In this document: positions 1-12,570 of the stretch, piece by piece | Layout: each line of letters starts with the position of its first letter | Numbering within the stretch: position 1 is the stretch's first letter | From: Azolla caroliniana | Lineage: Eukaryota; Plantae; Polypodiophyta | Length of the DNA: 64,000 nt | Assembly: GCA_043228905.1 (NCBI GenBank) | Contig: JBHGNT010000012.1 | Coordinates: 18,166,001 to 18,230,000 of the forward strand | Direction: 5' to 3' | Position numbers and translations under genes: made by a program | Notes under the pieces: model-generated | Told to the model about the DNA's origin: nothing | Seen by the model: only the letters and a program-made list of their open reading frames with translations | Databases searched by the model: none

Positions 1-5
1 ACCAG

Positions 6-1288
6 ATGAACCCTAACTACGCAACAAAAGTAAAGCACGAAATCGACAAATTGTTACGGGTAGGGTCCATCCGATCGGTCAAGAGTCCAATAGTCGTCGT
101 ACCGAAAAAGAATAGAAAAATCAGGGTATGTGTCAACTACCGGAAGTTGAATGCGGCAACAGTAACCGACGCCTTCCCACTCCCTTTTACAGATGGAGTC
201 CTTGATGCAATAGCTGGTCACGAAGTTTATAATTTCGTGGACGGGTTCAGCGGCTACAATCAGATCCGGATGCACCCCTACGACCAGGAGAAAACCTCTT
301 TTGTTACCGAATGGGGAGTATTTGTTGCCGTAGTCATGATGTTCGAACTTAAAACGGCGCCGACAACCTTTCAGCAGATAATCATGGAGATTTTTGGAGA
401 ATTTATTCCAGCATTCATGCAGGTGTTCCTAGACGATTTCGTCGTGTACAACCGGGAAGGGGAACACCTCTAACACCTCCGACTATGTCTTGAGAAATGT
501 AGGGTTTACCGGTTAAGCTTTAACCCAATGAAATGCGTGTTCGGAGTGTCAAGCGGTGCATTACTAGGCCACATTTTTAGCAAGGACGGTATTGCAGTAG
601 ACCTGGACAAGGTCAAAGAAATTTTGGAGGCACCGGCACCCACCACGGCGAAAGCATTGAGTCGGTTCCTAGGACAAATCCGATGGCATAGCCGGATGCT
701 CTGGTATCTAACAGACCTGGCCACACCATTGCATGTTGCGGTGCACCGGACGCCATTTCAATGGACGGACACAGAAGAGAAGGCTTACCGGGCATTAAAA
801 GTACTAGTATCAGAAGCACCAGTGGTGCAACCTCTGGATTAATCTAAAGAATTCAACGTATTCGTAGACGCGTCCGACATAGCAATTGGGAGCGCATTAA
901 TGAAGCTTACCGAACCGAAGTGGTACAGGCCCGTGTATTATGCCAGCTGGAAGCTGTCCCAGGTGGAACATAATTACTCAACGACGGAGAGAGAAGCCTT
1001 AGCCATGATCTATAGCGTCACCAAGTTCCGACACAACCTATTGGGGAGGAAATTTTCCTTTCATGTAGACCATTCGACGCTACTTTACTTGGTCTCAAAA
1101 GCATCACTCACAGGTAAGCTGGCCCGGTGGACGTTATTATTACAGGAATCTGAGTTCGAGATATTTCACCGACCAAGCATACAACATGCGGTTGCAGATT
1201 ATTTGAGCCAGTTAGACTCCGGTGAAACCGGTGACGGAGTCCCAGATGAGTTTCTGGATGTAGAGTTGTTTAGGGTCACAACAAAAAC
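6..1288 (+). pseudogene. Gypsy reverse transcriptase-RNase H, with premature stops
   Basis: ORFs 6-473, 528-842 and 900-1288 are consecutive RT/RH pieces separated by in-frame stops. Confidence 0.9.
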
Positions 1289-1376
1289 TGACAGGAATAC
1301 ACGCTCTGCCACAACCGAACCTAGAATCAAACACAATTCTTCTCACTTCCCATCCGGAGGGACCTGTTTCCTAACA
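1289..1376 (-). repeat. 3' LTR of Copia A (88 bp)
   Basis: TGACAGGAATACACGCTC...CTGTTTCCTAACA matches 10821-10924 apart from a 16-bp indel and a few substitutions. Confidence 0.9.
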
Positions 1377-1386
1377 AACTCCCCCT

Positions 1387-4300
1387 TCACTCCGGCATGG
1401 GATGTCGTACTAGTCCGATCCGCTTCTGACATGCATCCAGCTTGTCGGGTATCAGTACTTTGGTCAACATATCTGACCCGTTCTCGGCCGTGTGGATCTT
1501 CGTTAGCGCAAACTCTCGATCTTCTACTCGCTCCCGGATCCAGTGATACCTACGCTGGATGTGCTTCGTCCTGGAATGGTACACTGCATTCTTAGCAAGG
1601 TGGATGGCACTTTGACTATCGTAATAGAGTTGGTATTCATCTTGCCGGATACCGAGCTCTCCGATGAAGTCCTTGATCCATAATATTTCCTTGCCAGCTT
1701 CCACAACCGCCATGTACTCCGCCTCCGTGGTTGACAATGCAACCGTCTTCTGCAACCTCAACTGCCACGAAACAGCTCCCCCTGCATATGTCATTACATA
1801 CCCGGATGTAGACCGGCTGGTATCCACATCAGCCGACATGTCCGAATCGGTAAAACCGTTAAGTTGAGGTTTACAGGAGCCGAATTGGAGACACATATTC
1901 GAAGTGCCCTTCAGGTATCGGAGTATCAATTTGACCGCGTTCCAGTGCTCCTTGCCGAGATTGCTCATGAACCGGCTCACCACTCCGACTGTGTATCCAA
2001 TATCCGGTCGAGCACACACCATTGCGTACATCAAGCTCCCGACGGTAGAGGCATATGGAACCTTCATCATATCAGCCTTCTCTGTTTTCGACTTCGGGCT
2101 TTGCTTACCGGATAATCTGCAGTTTGCCGGGAGTGTCGATCCGACCGGTTTTGCTTCTAACATGTTGAACCACTGAAGCACCTTTGTCACGTATTTCTAT
2201 TGTGACAGCCACAATTGCTTCGTTGGCGGGTTCCGGATGATATGCATCCCCAACATCTGTCTTGTCGGACCCAAGTCTTTCATTGAGAAGGTTCGATTTA
2301 GAGCCTTCTTCAGCATCCATATTTTGGCTTGGTCCCGTCCAATGATCAACATGTCGTCCACGTACAGAAGGAGTATCAGGAAGTCGCCTCCTTCGAACTT
2401 CTTCACAAACACGCAGTGATCGGCCTACTTCCGGTACCATTGTCGGGGAGCCTGCTTCAGTCCGTACAGGCTCTTCTTCAACTGGCAAACCAAGTGCTCC
2501 TTCCCTTTCTCCACGAATCCTTCTGGTTGCTGCATGTAGATCTCCTCTTCAAGGTCACCATGAAGGAATGTCGTCTTCACGTCCAGCTACTCTACCTCGA
2601 GGTCCATGCTTGCCGCTATACTCAGCACCGTCCGGATGGAGGTCATCTTTACTACTGGGGAAAATATCTCGTCGAAGTCCACCCCCTTCTTCTATTGGAA
2701 CCCCTTCACCACGATCCTGGCTTTGTATCTCGTGGGGTTGTCGGCATCTCCCGGTTTCAACTTGTACACCCACTTGTTTCGGAGTGCCCACTTTCCTTTC
2801 AGCAACTCCACCAATTCATACATATGGTTCTCATGCAGGGAATCCATCTCATCCTGCATGGCACTTAACCATTTGCGGCTGTGGGTGGCATCCTTTGCTT
2901 CTTCGAAGCTTTCGGCTCTCCCTCATCGGTCAGCAGCACATGTTCTGCATCCGGAAATCTCCGGGGGGCCCTTCTCTCTCTGAGAGGATATCTCTGTCTT
3001 TGGCTTTCGGCAACCGGCTCCTCTATTTGTTCTTCATCCGAATCCAATTCGGGATCTTGGCCGGTTCTGATTTCAGCTTCCTCTACTTCTTCTTCTGCCG
3101 GTTCGGTATCCTCACCGTAACCGGCTGGTTCCTCGAGTGTCAACCGGCTTTTAGCCGGGTGTGTCCGAATCTCATCAGAGTTCATTATCTTCTTCTCCAA
3201 CTCCCAGTCGGCAAGAGTCTTGTCCTCCATGAAGATAATATCTCGACTCTAGAAAGCCTTCTTGTCAACCGGATCCCACACTCGGTAGCCGAACTCATCA
3301 TCGCCGTATCCGAGGAATATGCATGGCCGGGTTTTTGGATCCAACTTTCCTCTCCAGTCCTTAGCAACATGCACGTACGCGAGACATCCGAACACCTTCA
3401 GATGCCGGTAGGACACTTCCTTACCGGTCCACACCTTCTGCGGTGTGTCTCCATCCAAGGGCACTGAGGGTGATCTATTTATCACATACGTCGTTGTCGA
3501 AAGCGCCTCAACCCAAAACGTCTTGGGTAATTTTGTATGCGCCAGCATACTCCGGACCCTTTCCATTATGGTCTGGTTCATCCTCTCGGCCAGCCTGTTT
3601 AGTTCCGGCGTCTTCGGCACGGTAAATTCGAGCCGGATTACCTTCGAGCGACAGTACTCCTCGAATTGCCCCCGGTATTCACCTCCGTTATCTGCTCGAA
3701 CCGCCTTCAGCTTCCGGCCGGTTTCTCTTTCCACTCTCGCGTGGAGCTCTATGAAGACGGATAGCACTTGATCCTTCATCTTCAACGGTGTGACCCACAG
3801 CTTTTGGCTATGGTCATCTATGAACGTCTCGAAGTACTGTTATCCGGCATGTGACTTATTGTCCACTTGACAGACATCAGTATGCACCAACTCCAGTGGT
3901 GCATTACGTCTCATCGATGGCCTTGGTCGGAAGGAGGTCCGGTTTTGCTTACCGGCCAGACAATCAGTGCACTTATCCAAGTGCACGTTCTTCACTGGAA
4001 TGAGGTTGTCGTCTGCAAGCCTCTTCATCCCCTTCTCGCTCATGTGACACAGCCTCTTCATCCCCTTCTCGCTCATGTGACACAGCCTCTTGTGCCACAG
4101 CTCACCGGCAGTGTCGGATGCCACGTTCACTTCCTCCGACCATAATTGGGCATTCATCAGGTACAACGTGTTGACCTTCCGGGCCCGAGCCACGATCAGG
4201 CTCCCTTTGCTGAACTTCATAACACCGTTCCAGATGTTATCCATGTAGCCTTCATCATCTAGCCGACCGGCTGATATCAGGTTCAGACGAACCTCCGGAA

Positions 4301-5070
4301 CATGTCGGACATCCTTCAGCAGTAGCTTGCATCTAGTTGGTGTTGTCAACCACACGTCTCCTATGCTGACAATTTGGCATGTACCTTCATTCCCCATCCG
4401 GACACAACTGTGATCACCGGCTGAGTAGGATGAGAAGCATTTCCGGTCCGGGGTAAGGTGGAACGACGCTCCAGAGTCGACCACCCAGGTCATCTCGTCG
4501 CCAGCAAGGTTCAACTCACTCTCCTCAGTGATGAGCATCAACTCTTCTTCACTTGCCGCGCTTGCAGTCGTTCCCTTCCGGTCCGGTGTCCGCTTCGAAT
4601 CGGTACCGTCGGTTTCCTTGTCTTTTCGGAAGTGCCGACAGTTCTTCTGGAAGTGTCCTAGCTTGCCGCAATAGAAGCAAGTAGGCCTCCCCCTTGACTT
4701 TGACCGTGTCCCCGACTTTTCCCGGTTCTGGGGACTACAGTTCCTTTGTCTTCCGTGTTCCGATTCGGTAAGGAGTGCTTTGGAGTCGGAGCTCGTATCC
4801 TTATCTTTCCGACGCGCCTCCTCATCTAGCCAGCTCGACTTCACTCTTGCTAGGGATAACCGTTTCCCTTCCGGCCCGGCGTTGCCCAAAGTGACAACCA
4901 ACGTCTCCCAGCTATTTGGGAGGGAACCGAGCAGGAGTAGCGCTAGTACCTCAACAGCGAGAGGTACTTCCAATGATGTTGCCTGGTGGATCAGCCCCTA
5001 GAAGGCATTCATGTGCTCCGCCATGCTGGAGCCATCTTGGTACCGAAGTCTTACTAGCTTCCGAAATACC
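1387..5070 (-). pseudogene. Copia A polyprotein (gag C-term, protease, integrase, RT, RNase H), frameshifted; gag N-term lies at about 10494-10790
   Basis: Zinc knuckle CFYCGKLGHFQKNC, protease WVVDSGASFH, integrase LRADNGGEY-like motif, RT YVDDML, RH ALSTTEAEY. Confidence 0.93.
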
Positions 5071-5075
5071 GAAAC

Positions 5076-5724
5076 TGTTAGAAATTTGACGCTTTCAATT
5101 TCTTCACCTCTCGGCCACAACCGAGGAAACACGAATCAATGCAGCAGAAAATCAAAACACAGAGAGAGACTCGAATGCACAGGGTTTAGCGTGGAAAACC
5201 CTAGACGGGAAAAACCACGGGAGTGCAAGACTCCAACTATCACTATACGCAGGGAATGTACAATGGCGAGCTGCAGGGCGACGACCTTGAGCTCGCTGTC
5301 CTCGCCACAGGCGGCGGTATTACACAGAGGCGTCGACCTCTTCCTTTTTCTCTCTCTCTCTCACTCTCACTTCACTCCCTCTGAGTGGAAAACAGACAAA
5401 TGAGCAACAACTACAAAACTGTTTGCCCTAAGTCATATTTATACACATATGACTTTCGGGCTATTTACAAATATAGCCTCAAGGGCCCTTGGCAAACATA
5501 TTCACAAATATGTCCCCGCATCCGGATCTCTCTCCGGGTACATTCGTCATCCGGCTCCGTAGCCGGGGTCTTCATCATCCGGATCCGGAACCAGGTCTTC
5601 ATCATCCGGATCCGGAACCGGGTCTTCATCATCCGGCTCCGATACCGGGTACTCCTCATTCGGGTCTTCATTCCCGATTCCCGGACATCCGACCATCCCA
5701 TCTGGAGGGACCGTAATCCCAACA
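5076..5724 (-). repeat. 3' LTR of Copia B, with internal 27-bp tandem repeats
   Basis: TGTTAG...CCAACA; the unit GGGTCTTCATCATCCGGATCCGGAACC is repeated at about 5540-5680. Confidence 0.95.
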
Positions 5725-5734
5725 AACTCCCCCT

Positions 5735-8700
5735 TCACTTCGGCATGGGATGTCTTTCCAGTCCGACCCTCTTCCGGCACGCTTCCAGCCTGTCGGGTGT
5801 GAGCACTTTGGTCAGCATATCTGACCCGTTCTCGTCCGTGTGGATCTTCGTCAGCACGAACTCCTGGTCTTCTATCCTTTCCCGGATCCAGTGATATCTT
5901 CGCTGGATGTGCTTCGTCCGGGAGTGATAGGCCGCGTTCTTCGCAAGGTGGATGGCACTCTGACTGTCGCAGTAGAGTCGGTACTCCTCCTGCCGGATAC
6001 CAAGCTCTCTAATGAAGTCCTTCATCCATATTATTTCCTTACCGGCTTCAACAGCCGCCATGTACTCCGCCTCCGTGGTTGACAACGCAACCGTCTTCTG
6101 CAGCCTCGACTGCCACGAAACAGCTCCCCCTGCATACGTCATCACATACCCTGATGTGGACCGGCTGGTATCTGCATCAGCCGACATATCCGAATCGGTA
6201 AAGCCGTCGAGTTCGGGCTTACCGGAGCCGAATCGGAGGCACACGTTTGCCGTGCCCTTCAGGTATCGGAGTCTCCACTTGGCCGCGTTCCAGTGCTCTT
6301 TGCCGGGATTGCTCATGTACCGGCTCACCACTCCGACTGCATATCCTATGTCCGGTCTTGTACACACCATTGCGTACATCAAGCTTCCGACGGCAGAGGC
6401 ATATGGTACTTTCATCATGTCCTCCTTCTCAGCCTTTGTCTTGGGGCTTTGCTTGCTGGACAACTTGCAGTTTGCCGGGAGGGTTGACCCGACCGGTCTT
6501 GCTTCCGACATGTTGAACCGGTGAAGAACCTTTGTCACGTACTTCTCCTGTGACAGCCACAACTACTTCTTCTTCCGGTCCCGGATGATGTGCATCCCTA
6601 GTATTTGCCTCGCCGGACCCAGGTCCTTCATTGAGAAGGTTCGGTGAAGAGCTTTTTTCAGCATCCGTATCTTAACCTGGTCCCGTCCGACGATCAACAT
6701 GTCGTCCACGTACAGGAGGAGTATTAGAAAGTCTCCTCCTTCGAACTTCTTCACAAACACGCAGTGATCGGACTGCGTTTTGTGGTACCCTTCGTCGGTC
6801 ATGAAAGAGTCGAACTTCCGGTACCATTGCCGGGGAGCCTGCTTCAGTCCGTAAAGGCTCTTCTTCAACCGGCATACCAGGTGCTCCTTCCCTTTCTTCT
6901 CGAATCCTTCTGGTTGCTGCATGTAGATCTCTTCTTCGAGGTCACCGTGAAGGAATGCCGTCTTCACGTCCATCTGTTCTACCTCGAGGTCCATGCTTGC
7001 CGCTATGCTCAGCACCGTCCGGATGGAGGTCATCTTCACTACCGGGGCAAATATCTCGTCGAAGTCGACGCCCTTCTTCTGCTGGAACCCCTTCACCACG
7101 ATCCTGGCTTTGTATCTCGGGGGGTTTCCGGCATCTCCCGGTTTCAGCTTGAACACCCACTTGTTTCGAAGTGCCCGCTTTCCTTTCGGCAACTCCACAA
7201 GTTCATATGTGTGGTTCTCATGCAGGGAATCCATCTCCTCCTGCATGGCACTTAACCACCTGCGGCTATGGGTGTCAAGCTTTGCTTCTTCAAAACTCTC
7301 CGGCTCCCCTTCGTCGGTTAGCAGCACGTGCTCTGGTTCCGGAAATCTCCGGGGGGCCCTTCTCTCTCTTAGAGGATATCTCCGTTCCGGAGCTTTTTTA
7401 ACCGGCTCCTCCGTTTCCTCTTCATCCGAATCCATTTCGGGATCGGGGCCGGTTCCGGTATCAGTTTCATCTTCCTCGGCCGGTTATGTTTCTTCACCGT
7501 CTTCGGCCGGATCCTTGAGTGCTACCCGGTCCCTTTCCGGTCGGGACTGCTCCTCGTAGAGTTGATCCTCACTGGTCGACTTGGAGCTCTTCATCTTCTT
7601 CTCCGACTCCCAGTCGGCGAGTGTCTTGTCCTCCATGAAGATGATATCACGACTCCGGAATATCTTTTTGTCGACCGGGTCCCATACACGGTAGCCGAAC
7701 TCGTCATCGCCGTAACCGAGGAATATGCATGGCCGGGTCTTTGGATCTAGCTTTCCTCTCCGGTCCTTTGCTACATGCACATATGCGAGACACCCGAACA
7801 CTTTCAGATGCTGGTAGGATACTTCCCTACCGGTCCACACTCTCTGCGGCGTGTCTCCGTCCAAAGGTACTGAGGGTGATCTGTTTATCACGTATGTCGC
7901 CGTCGACATTGCCTCAGCCCAAAACCCCTTGGGTAATTTCGCATGCGCCAGCATACTCTGGACCCGCTCCATTATGGTCCGGTTCATCCTCTCGGCCAGC
8001 CCGTTCAGTTCCGGCGTCTTCGGCACAGTAAACTCGAGCCGGATTCCCTTCGAGCGACAATACTCCTCGAACTGCCCTCGGTATTCTCCTCTGTTATCCG
8101 CTTGTATCGCTTTCAGCTTCTTGCCGGATTCCCTTTCCACTCTCGCGTGGAGTTCTTTGAAGACGCACAACGCTTGGTCCTTTGTCTTCAACGGTGCCGT
8201 CCACAGCTTCCGGCTGTGGTCATCAATGAATGTCACGAAGTACTGGGCTCCGCCATGTGACTTCGTTTCTACTTGACACACGTCAGTGTGCACCAACTCC
8301 AATGGTGCGCTACGTCTCGTCGGTGGCCTTGAGTGAAAGGAGGTTCGGTTCTGCTTACCGGCCAGGCAATCAGTGCACTTCTCCAGGTGCACATGCTTCA
8401 CTGGAATAAGGTTGTCTTCTGCAAGCCTCTTCATCCCCTTCTCACTCATGTGGCACAGTCTCTTGTGCCACAGCTCACCGGCAGTGTCGGCTGCCACGTT
8501 CAACTCCTCCGGACACAACCAGGCATTCATAAGGTACAGTGTGTTGACTTTCCGGGCCCGAGCCACTATCAGGCTCCCCTTGCTGAACTTCATTACGCCG
8601 TTCCGGATGCTACCTGTGTAGCCTTCATTGTCTAGCCTCCTGGCCGAAATCAGGTTCAATCGAACCTCCGGAACGTGTCGGACATCCTTCAGCAACATTT

Positions 8701-9817
8701 TGCATCCGGTCGAGGTTGTCAACCACACGTCTCCTATGCCGGCAATCCGGCACGTACCTTCATTTCCCATCCGAACACAGCCATGCTCACCGGCTGTGTA
8801 GGATGAGAAGTATCTTCTTTCCGGGGTCAGGTGGAACGACGCTCCGGAATCGACCACCCAGGTAGTCTCATCGCCGGCAATGTTTAGTTCACCTTCTTCG
8901 GTGATGAGCATGATCTCCTCTTCACTTGCCGCGAGTGCCGTCGTTCCTTTCCAGTCCTGCTCTCGCCGATCCAAACCATTTCGGTCCGTGGCTCCCCGGT
9001 AAGCACCATTCCGTTCCGAAGACTTCTTCGAATCGGTGTCGTCGGCTCCGTTGTCTTTTCGGTAATGCCGACAATTCTTTCGGAAGTGCCCCGGCTTCCC
9101 ACAGTGGAAGCATGTGGGCCTTCCTCTTGACAGCGACCGGGTCCCCGACTTCTCCCGTCTTTGCGGACTCCGGTTCCGTTGTCTTCCCCGATCAGATTCG
9201 GTAAGCAGCATCTTCGGATCGGAGGCCGGTTCTTTATCTCTCCGACGCGCTTCTTCGTTCAAAATGCTTGTCTTTACCGTTTGTAGGGACAAGTTATCTT
9301 CGGTGCAGGAGGTGCTGAGAGTCACCACCAAGTTCTCCCAGCTTGCCGGCAATGTACACATCAGGATGATGGCTTGCATTGCATCCTCCAACGGGAACTT
9401 GATCGCCGCAAGCTGGTTCACGAATCCCATGAACGTGCTTACGTGTTCCACCATACTCTCGCCGTCCCGGTACTTGAGGTTCACTATCTTCCTCATCAGG
9501 GAGGTCCGGTTCAACGCATTCTTCCTCTCGTAGAGGCCCGACGGCTTCTGCCACATCTCATATGCGTTGGTGTCGTTCGCCACATGTTGTAGAACGCTCA
9601 CGTCGACGTATTGCCGAATGGTTGCAACGGCTTTCCGGTTCAGAAGCCTCCATTCCGTCTCAAGTACCCCCTTGGGTATTTCCGACCTGTCGATCGGTTC
9701 ATACAGGTCCCGAACAATTAGCAGATCCTCCATCTTTATCTTCCAGTCGGCGTAGTTCTGCGCATTCAGCACCATCATCACCGGCTGCCCGCTGCTGCCG
9801 CCTTCCATTTTCTGCAT
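5735..9817 (-). pseudogene. Copia B gag-pol polyprotein in a single frame with two nonsense codons (7484-7486, 6563-6565)
   Basis: ORFs 7484-9817, 6563-7435 and 5735-6562 share one frame; all Copia domains present. Confidence 0.95.
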
Positions 9818-9839
9818 TGCAGTCGCTCTGATACCAGAT

Positions 9840-10488
9840 TGTTAGAAATTTGACGCTTTCAATTTCTTCACCTCTCGGCCACAACCGAGGAAACACGAAT
9901 CAATGCAGCAGAAAATCAAAACACAGAGAGAGACTCGAATGCACAGGGTTTAGCGTGGAAAACCCTAGACGGGAAAAACCACGGGAGTGCAAGACTCCAA
10001 CTATCACTATACGCAGGGAATGTACAATGGCGAGCTGCAGGGCGACGACCTTGAGCTCGCTGTCCTCGCCACAGGCGGCGGTATTACACAGAGGCGTCGA
10101 CCTCTTCCTTTTTCTCTCTCTCTCTCACTCTCACTTCACTCCCTCTGAGTGGAAAACAGACAAATGAGCAACAACTACAAAACTGTTTGCCCTAAGTCAT
10201 ATTTATACACATATGACTTTCGGGCTATTTACAAATATAGCCTCAAGGGCCCTTGGCAAACATATTCACAAATATGTCCCCGCATCCGGATCTCTCTCCG
10301 GGTACATTCGTCATCCGGCTCCGTAGCCGGGGTCTTCATCATCCGGATCCGGAACCAGGTCTTCATCATCCGGATCCGGAACCGGGTCTTCATCATCCGG
10401 CTCCGATACCGGGTACTCCTCATTCGGGTCTTCATTCCCGATTCCCGGACATCCGACCATCCCATCCGGAGGGACCGTAATCCCAACA
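9840..10488 (-). repeat. 5' LTR of Copia B
   Basis: Near-identical to 5076-5724 and followed on minus by the PBS. Confidence 0.95.
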
Positions 10489-10820
10489 GAAACCTGCTTA
10501 ACAACATTTTTGTTTTGAAACATAGTGCCGATCTTCTCCCAGAGCTCATGAGCCTTGCTCTCTTCATTGAAGTTGTTGTATAGACTCATGTCGATGAAGC
10601 ACCATATGTACGCCGTTGTCTTCATGTGCATCACCTCCCATATCGTGGCGTCGATTTTGTCTGGTCTCTTGTCCCCGAACTGAACCGGAAACCAAAGATC
10701 TTTAACCACGAGCATGTCCCTCAGCTTCGACTTCCACACGGAATAGTTGGAGCCAGTGAGCTTGAACATGCCTCCCAACGATTCGTCCATTTTCTGTGTT
10801 GTTTCGCTCTGATACCACTT

Positions 10821-10924
10821 TGACAGGAATACACGCTCCCGATGAACAACGATCGGCCACAACCAAGCCTAGAATCAAACACAGTTCTTCTCACTTCCCA
10901 TCTGGAGGGACCTGTTTCCTAACA
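10821..10924 (-). repeat. 5' LTR of Copia A (104 bp)
   Basis: Adjacent to the PBS (TGGTATCAGAGC on minus); matches 1289-1376. Confidence 0.9.
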
Positions 10925-12388
10925 GAAACGGCAACAGATGGTACGGTCGCCGAGGAGGACAAGTGGCTCACTAACATGCACCAATTCCTGAGCAACGGAT
11001 TACCTCTAGGGGAGATGAACAGAGATGAGCGGAAACAATTAGCAGTACAAAGTTGGCACTTCTGCCTACTGCAAGACACACTGTACCATAAAGGCGCAGA
11101 TGGCATATGGCGGTGCGCGGTGCGCAGCGACGAAAAAGACCAAATACTGTGTGAAGCACACTGCGGCGTTGCCGGAGGGCATTATGCTAGGGACGCTACG
11201 GCAAGGAAAATATGGCAGAGTGGCCTATGGTGGCCGACAACATTAGAAGACGTCGTCCGGTATGCCAAAGAATGTGATTTATGTCAACAAATGGGCCAAC
11301 CAACGGAACAGGCAAGAATGTCTCACCAACCGATTCTACCATTGGAACCATTTCAGAAATGGGGGCTGGACTTCGTCGGCCCATGTAAACCACCAGTAAT
11401 GAGAACCGACAACCGATACGTGATTGTCGCTATGGACTACTGCACCAAGTGGGTGGAGGCCAAAGCACTACGTGACAACACCACGACATCCACGACAAAG
11501 TTTTTATATGAATATATCTCGTGCCGGTATGGATGTCTTATCGAGCTAATTAGCGACCAAGGTGGGCATTTCCTAGGACACGTGGTGGAGAGGTTGACGA
11601 CATTCTATGCGGTGGTTCACAAGCGAAGCACTCCGTATTATCCGCAAGCCAATGGATTAGCCGAATCCACAAATAAGACGCTACAAAACATCCTACAGAA
11701 AATCGTCAGTGAGAACCGGACGGATTGGGATACAAAGCTGCATAGTGCACTCCGGGCCTACCGGACAACATATAAGACAAGTATCCAGACAACACCTTTC
11801 TGATTAGCATTCGGATTGGAAGCGGTAATGCCGATCGAATTCTAGGTTCCCAGTTTGCGATGACAGGTTCGGGAACGCCTAAACGAGAAGGAGTCGGAAA
11901 CAATCCGGCTAGCAGCACTATGCAAACTAGAGGAACACCGGATAGCCAGCCTGATGCACATGGAACTGGAGCAATGAAAAAGGAAAGCGTTCGTCGATCG
12001 ACTCCGGAAATGTAATGGAAAAATGTTCGAGATCGGCAAGCCGATACTTGTATTCCAGACCCGGATGGGTAAGATGCCGGGGAAGCTACGGTTTCGGTGG
12101 ACCGGACCATATTGGATTCCACGAGAGTTCAACGGTTCCTACGAGCTAGGGACACTCGCCAGAGAAGTTATGGGTAAATGGGTCAATGGGTTTCGACTCA
12201 AACCATACTATGGACCCATGCCAGGAAACCCGTTTGAACAGACAAAGGCTGACACCAAACTAGACACCGGTAAGCATGACGAGACGATAACCGATCAAGC
12301 AATCGACAAGCACGAAACCGGTGAAAGGGACCACAATCCAGAGAAGGGTGCGTTTGGGCCGGATATGGATGAACAAGATCAAATTTAA
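10925..12388 (+). pseudogene. Gypsy integrase (HHCC zinc finger, DDE core, GPY-like motif), with stops
   Basis: H..GGH..CDLC, WGLDFVGP, ISDQG, PQANGLAE, RWTGPY. Confidence 0.92.
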
Positions 12389-12570
12389 AAAAATAAAAAG
12401 AAAGGAAATCGAATAAGATCAAATCAAACCCAAATCATGAGATGGTAAGGAGCGAATAGCCACATGCCATGACAAGGGAGGAGTGAACGGGCACTTTGAA
12501 AAGCCACGTAGTGGGCTATTAATAGCGCATTAAAACGCCGCCACGGGGCACTTCATTGCTATTATAGTAC

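Larger units (their letters stand above)
5076..10488 (-). mobile_element. Ty1/Copia element B, full length and recently inserted into the gag of Copia A
   Basis: 649-bp LTRs 5076-5724 and 9840-10488 (one substitution seen); perfect GAAAC TSD (5071-5075, 10489-10493); PBS-Met 9825-9836; PPT 5725-5735. Confidence 0.97.
1289..10924 (-). mobile_element. Ty1/Copia element A (very short LTRs), interrupted by Copia B
   Basis: LTRs 1289-1376 and 10821-10924 (TG...CA); tRNA-iMet PBS 10806-10817; PPT at 1377-1387; flanks AAAAC/GAAAC (4/5 TSD); gag-PR-IN-RT-RH order on the minus strand. Confidence 0.93.

Noticed and set aside
900-1595. Read-through ORFs (900-1595, 10311-10862, 10796-11803, 53622-54182, 56077-56847, 61164-61640, 62216-62953) as novel fusion genes
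   Set aside because: Each crosses an insertion junction; the odd terminus is translated LTR or TIR sequence.
2329-9831. Long antisense ORFs over the Copia pol regions
   Set aside because: Shadow ORFs of GC-rich coding sequence with no recognisable motifs.
5071-10929. Sequence-specific GAAAC target for Copia A and B
   Set aside because: Both show GAAAC, but the B-family copy at 61584 is preceded by TGTAC, so coincidence cannot be excluded.
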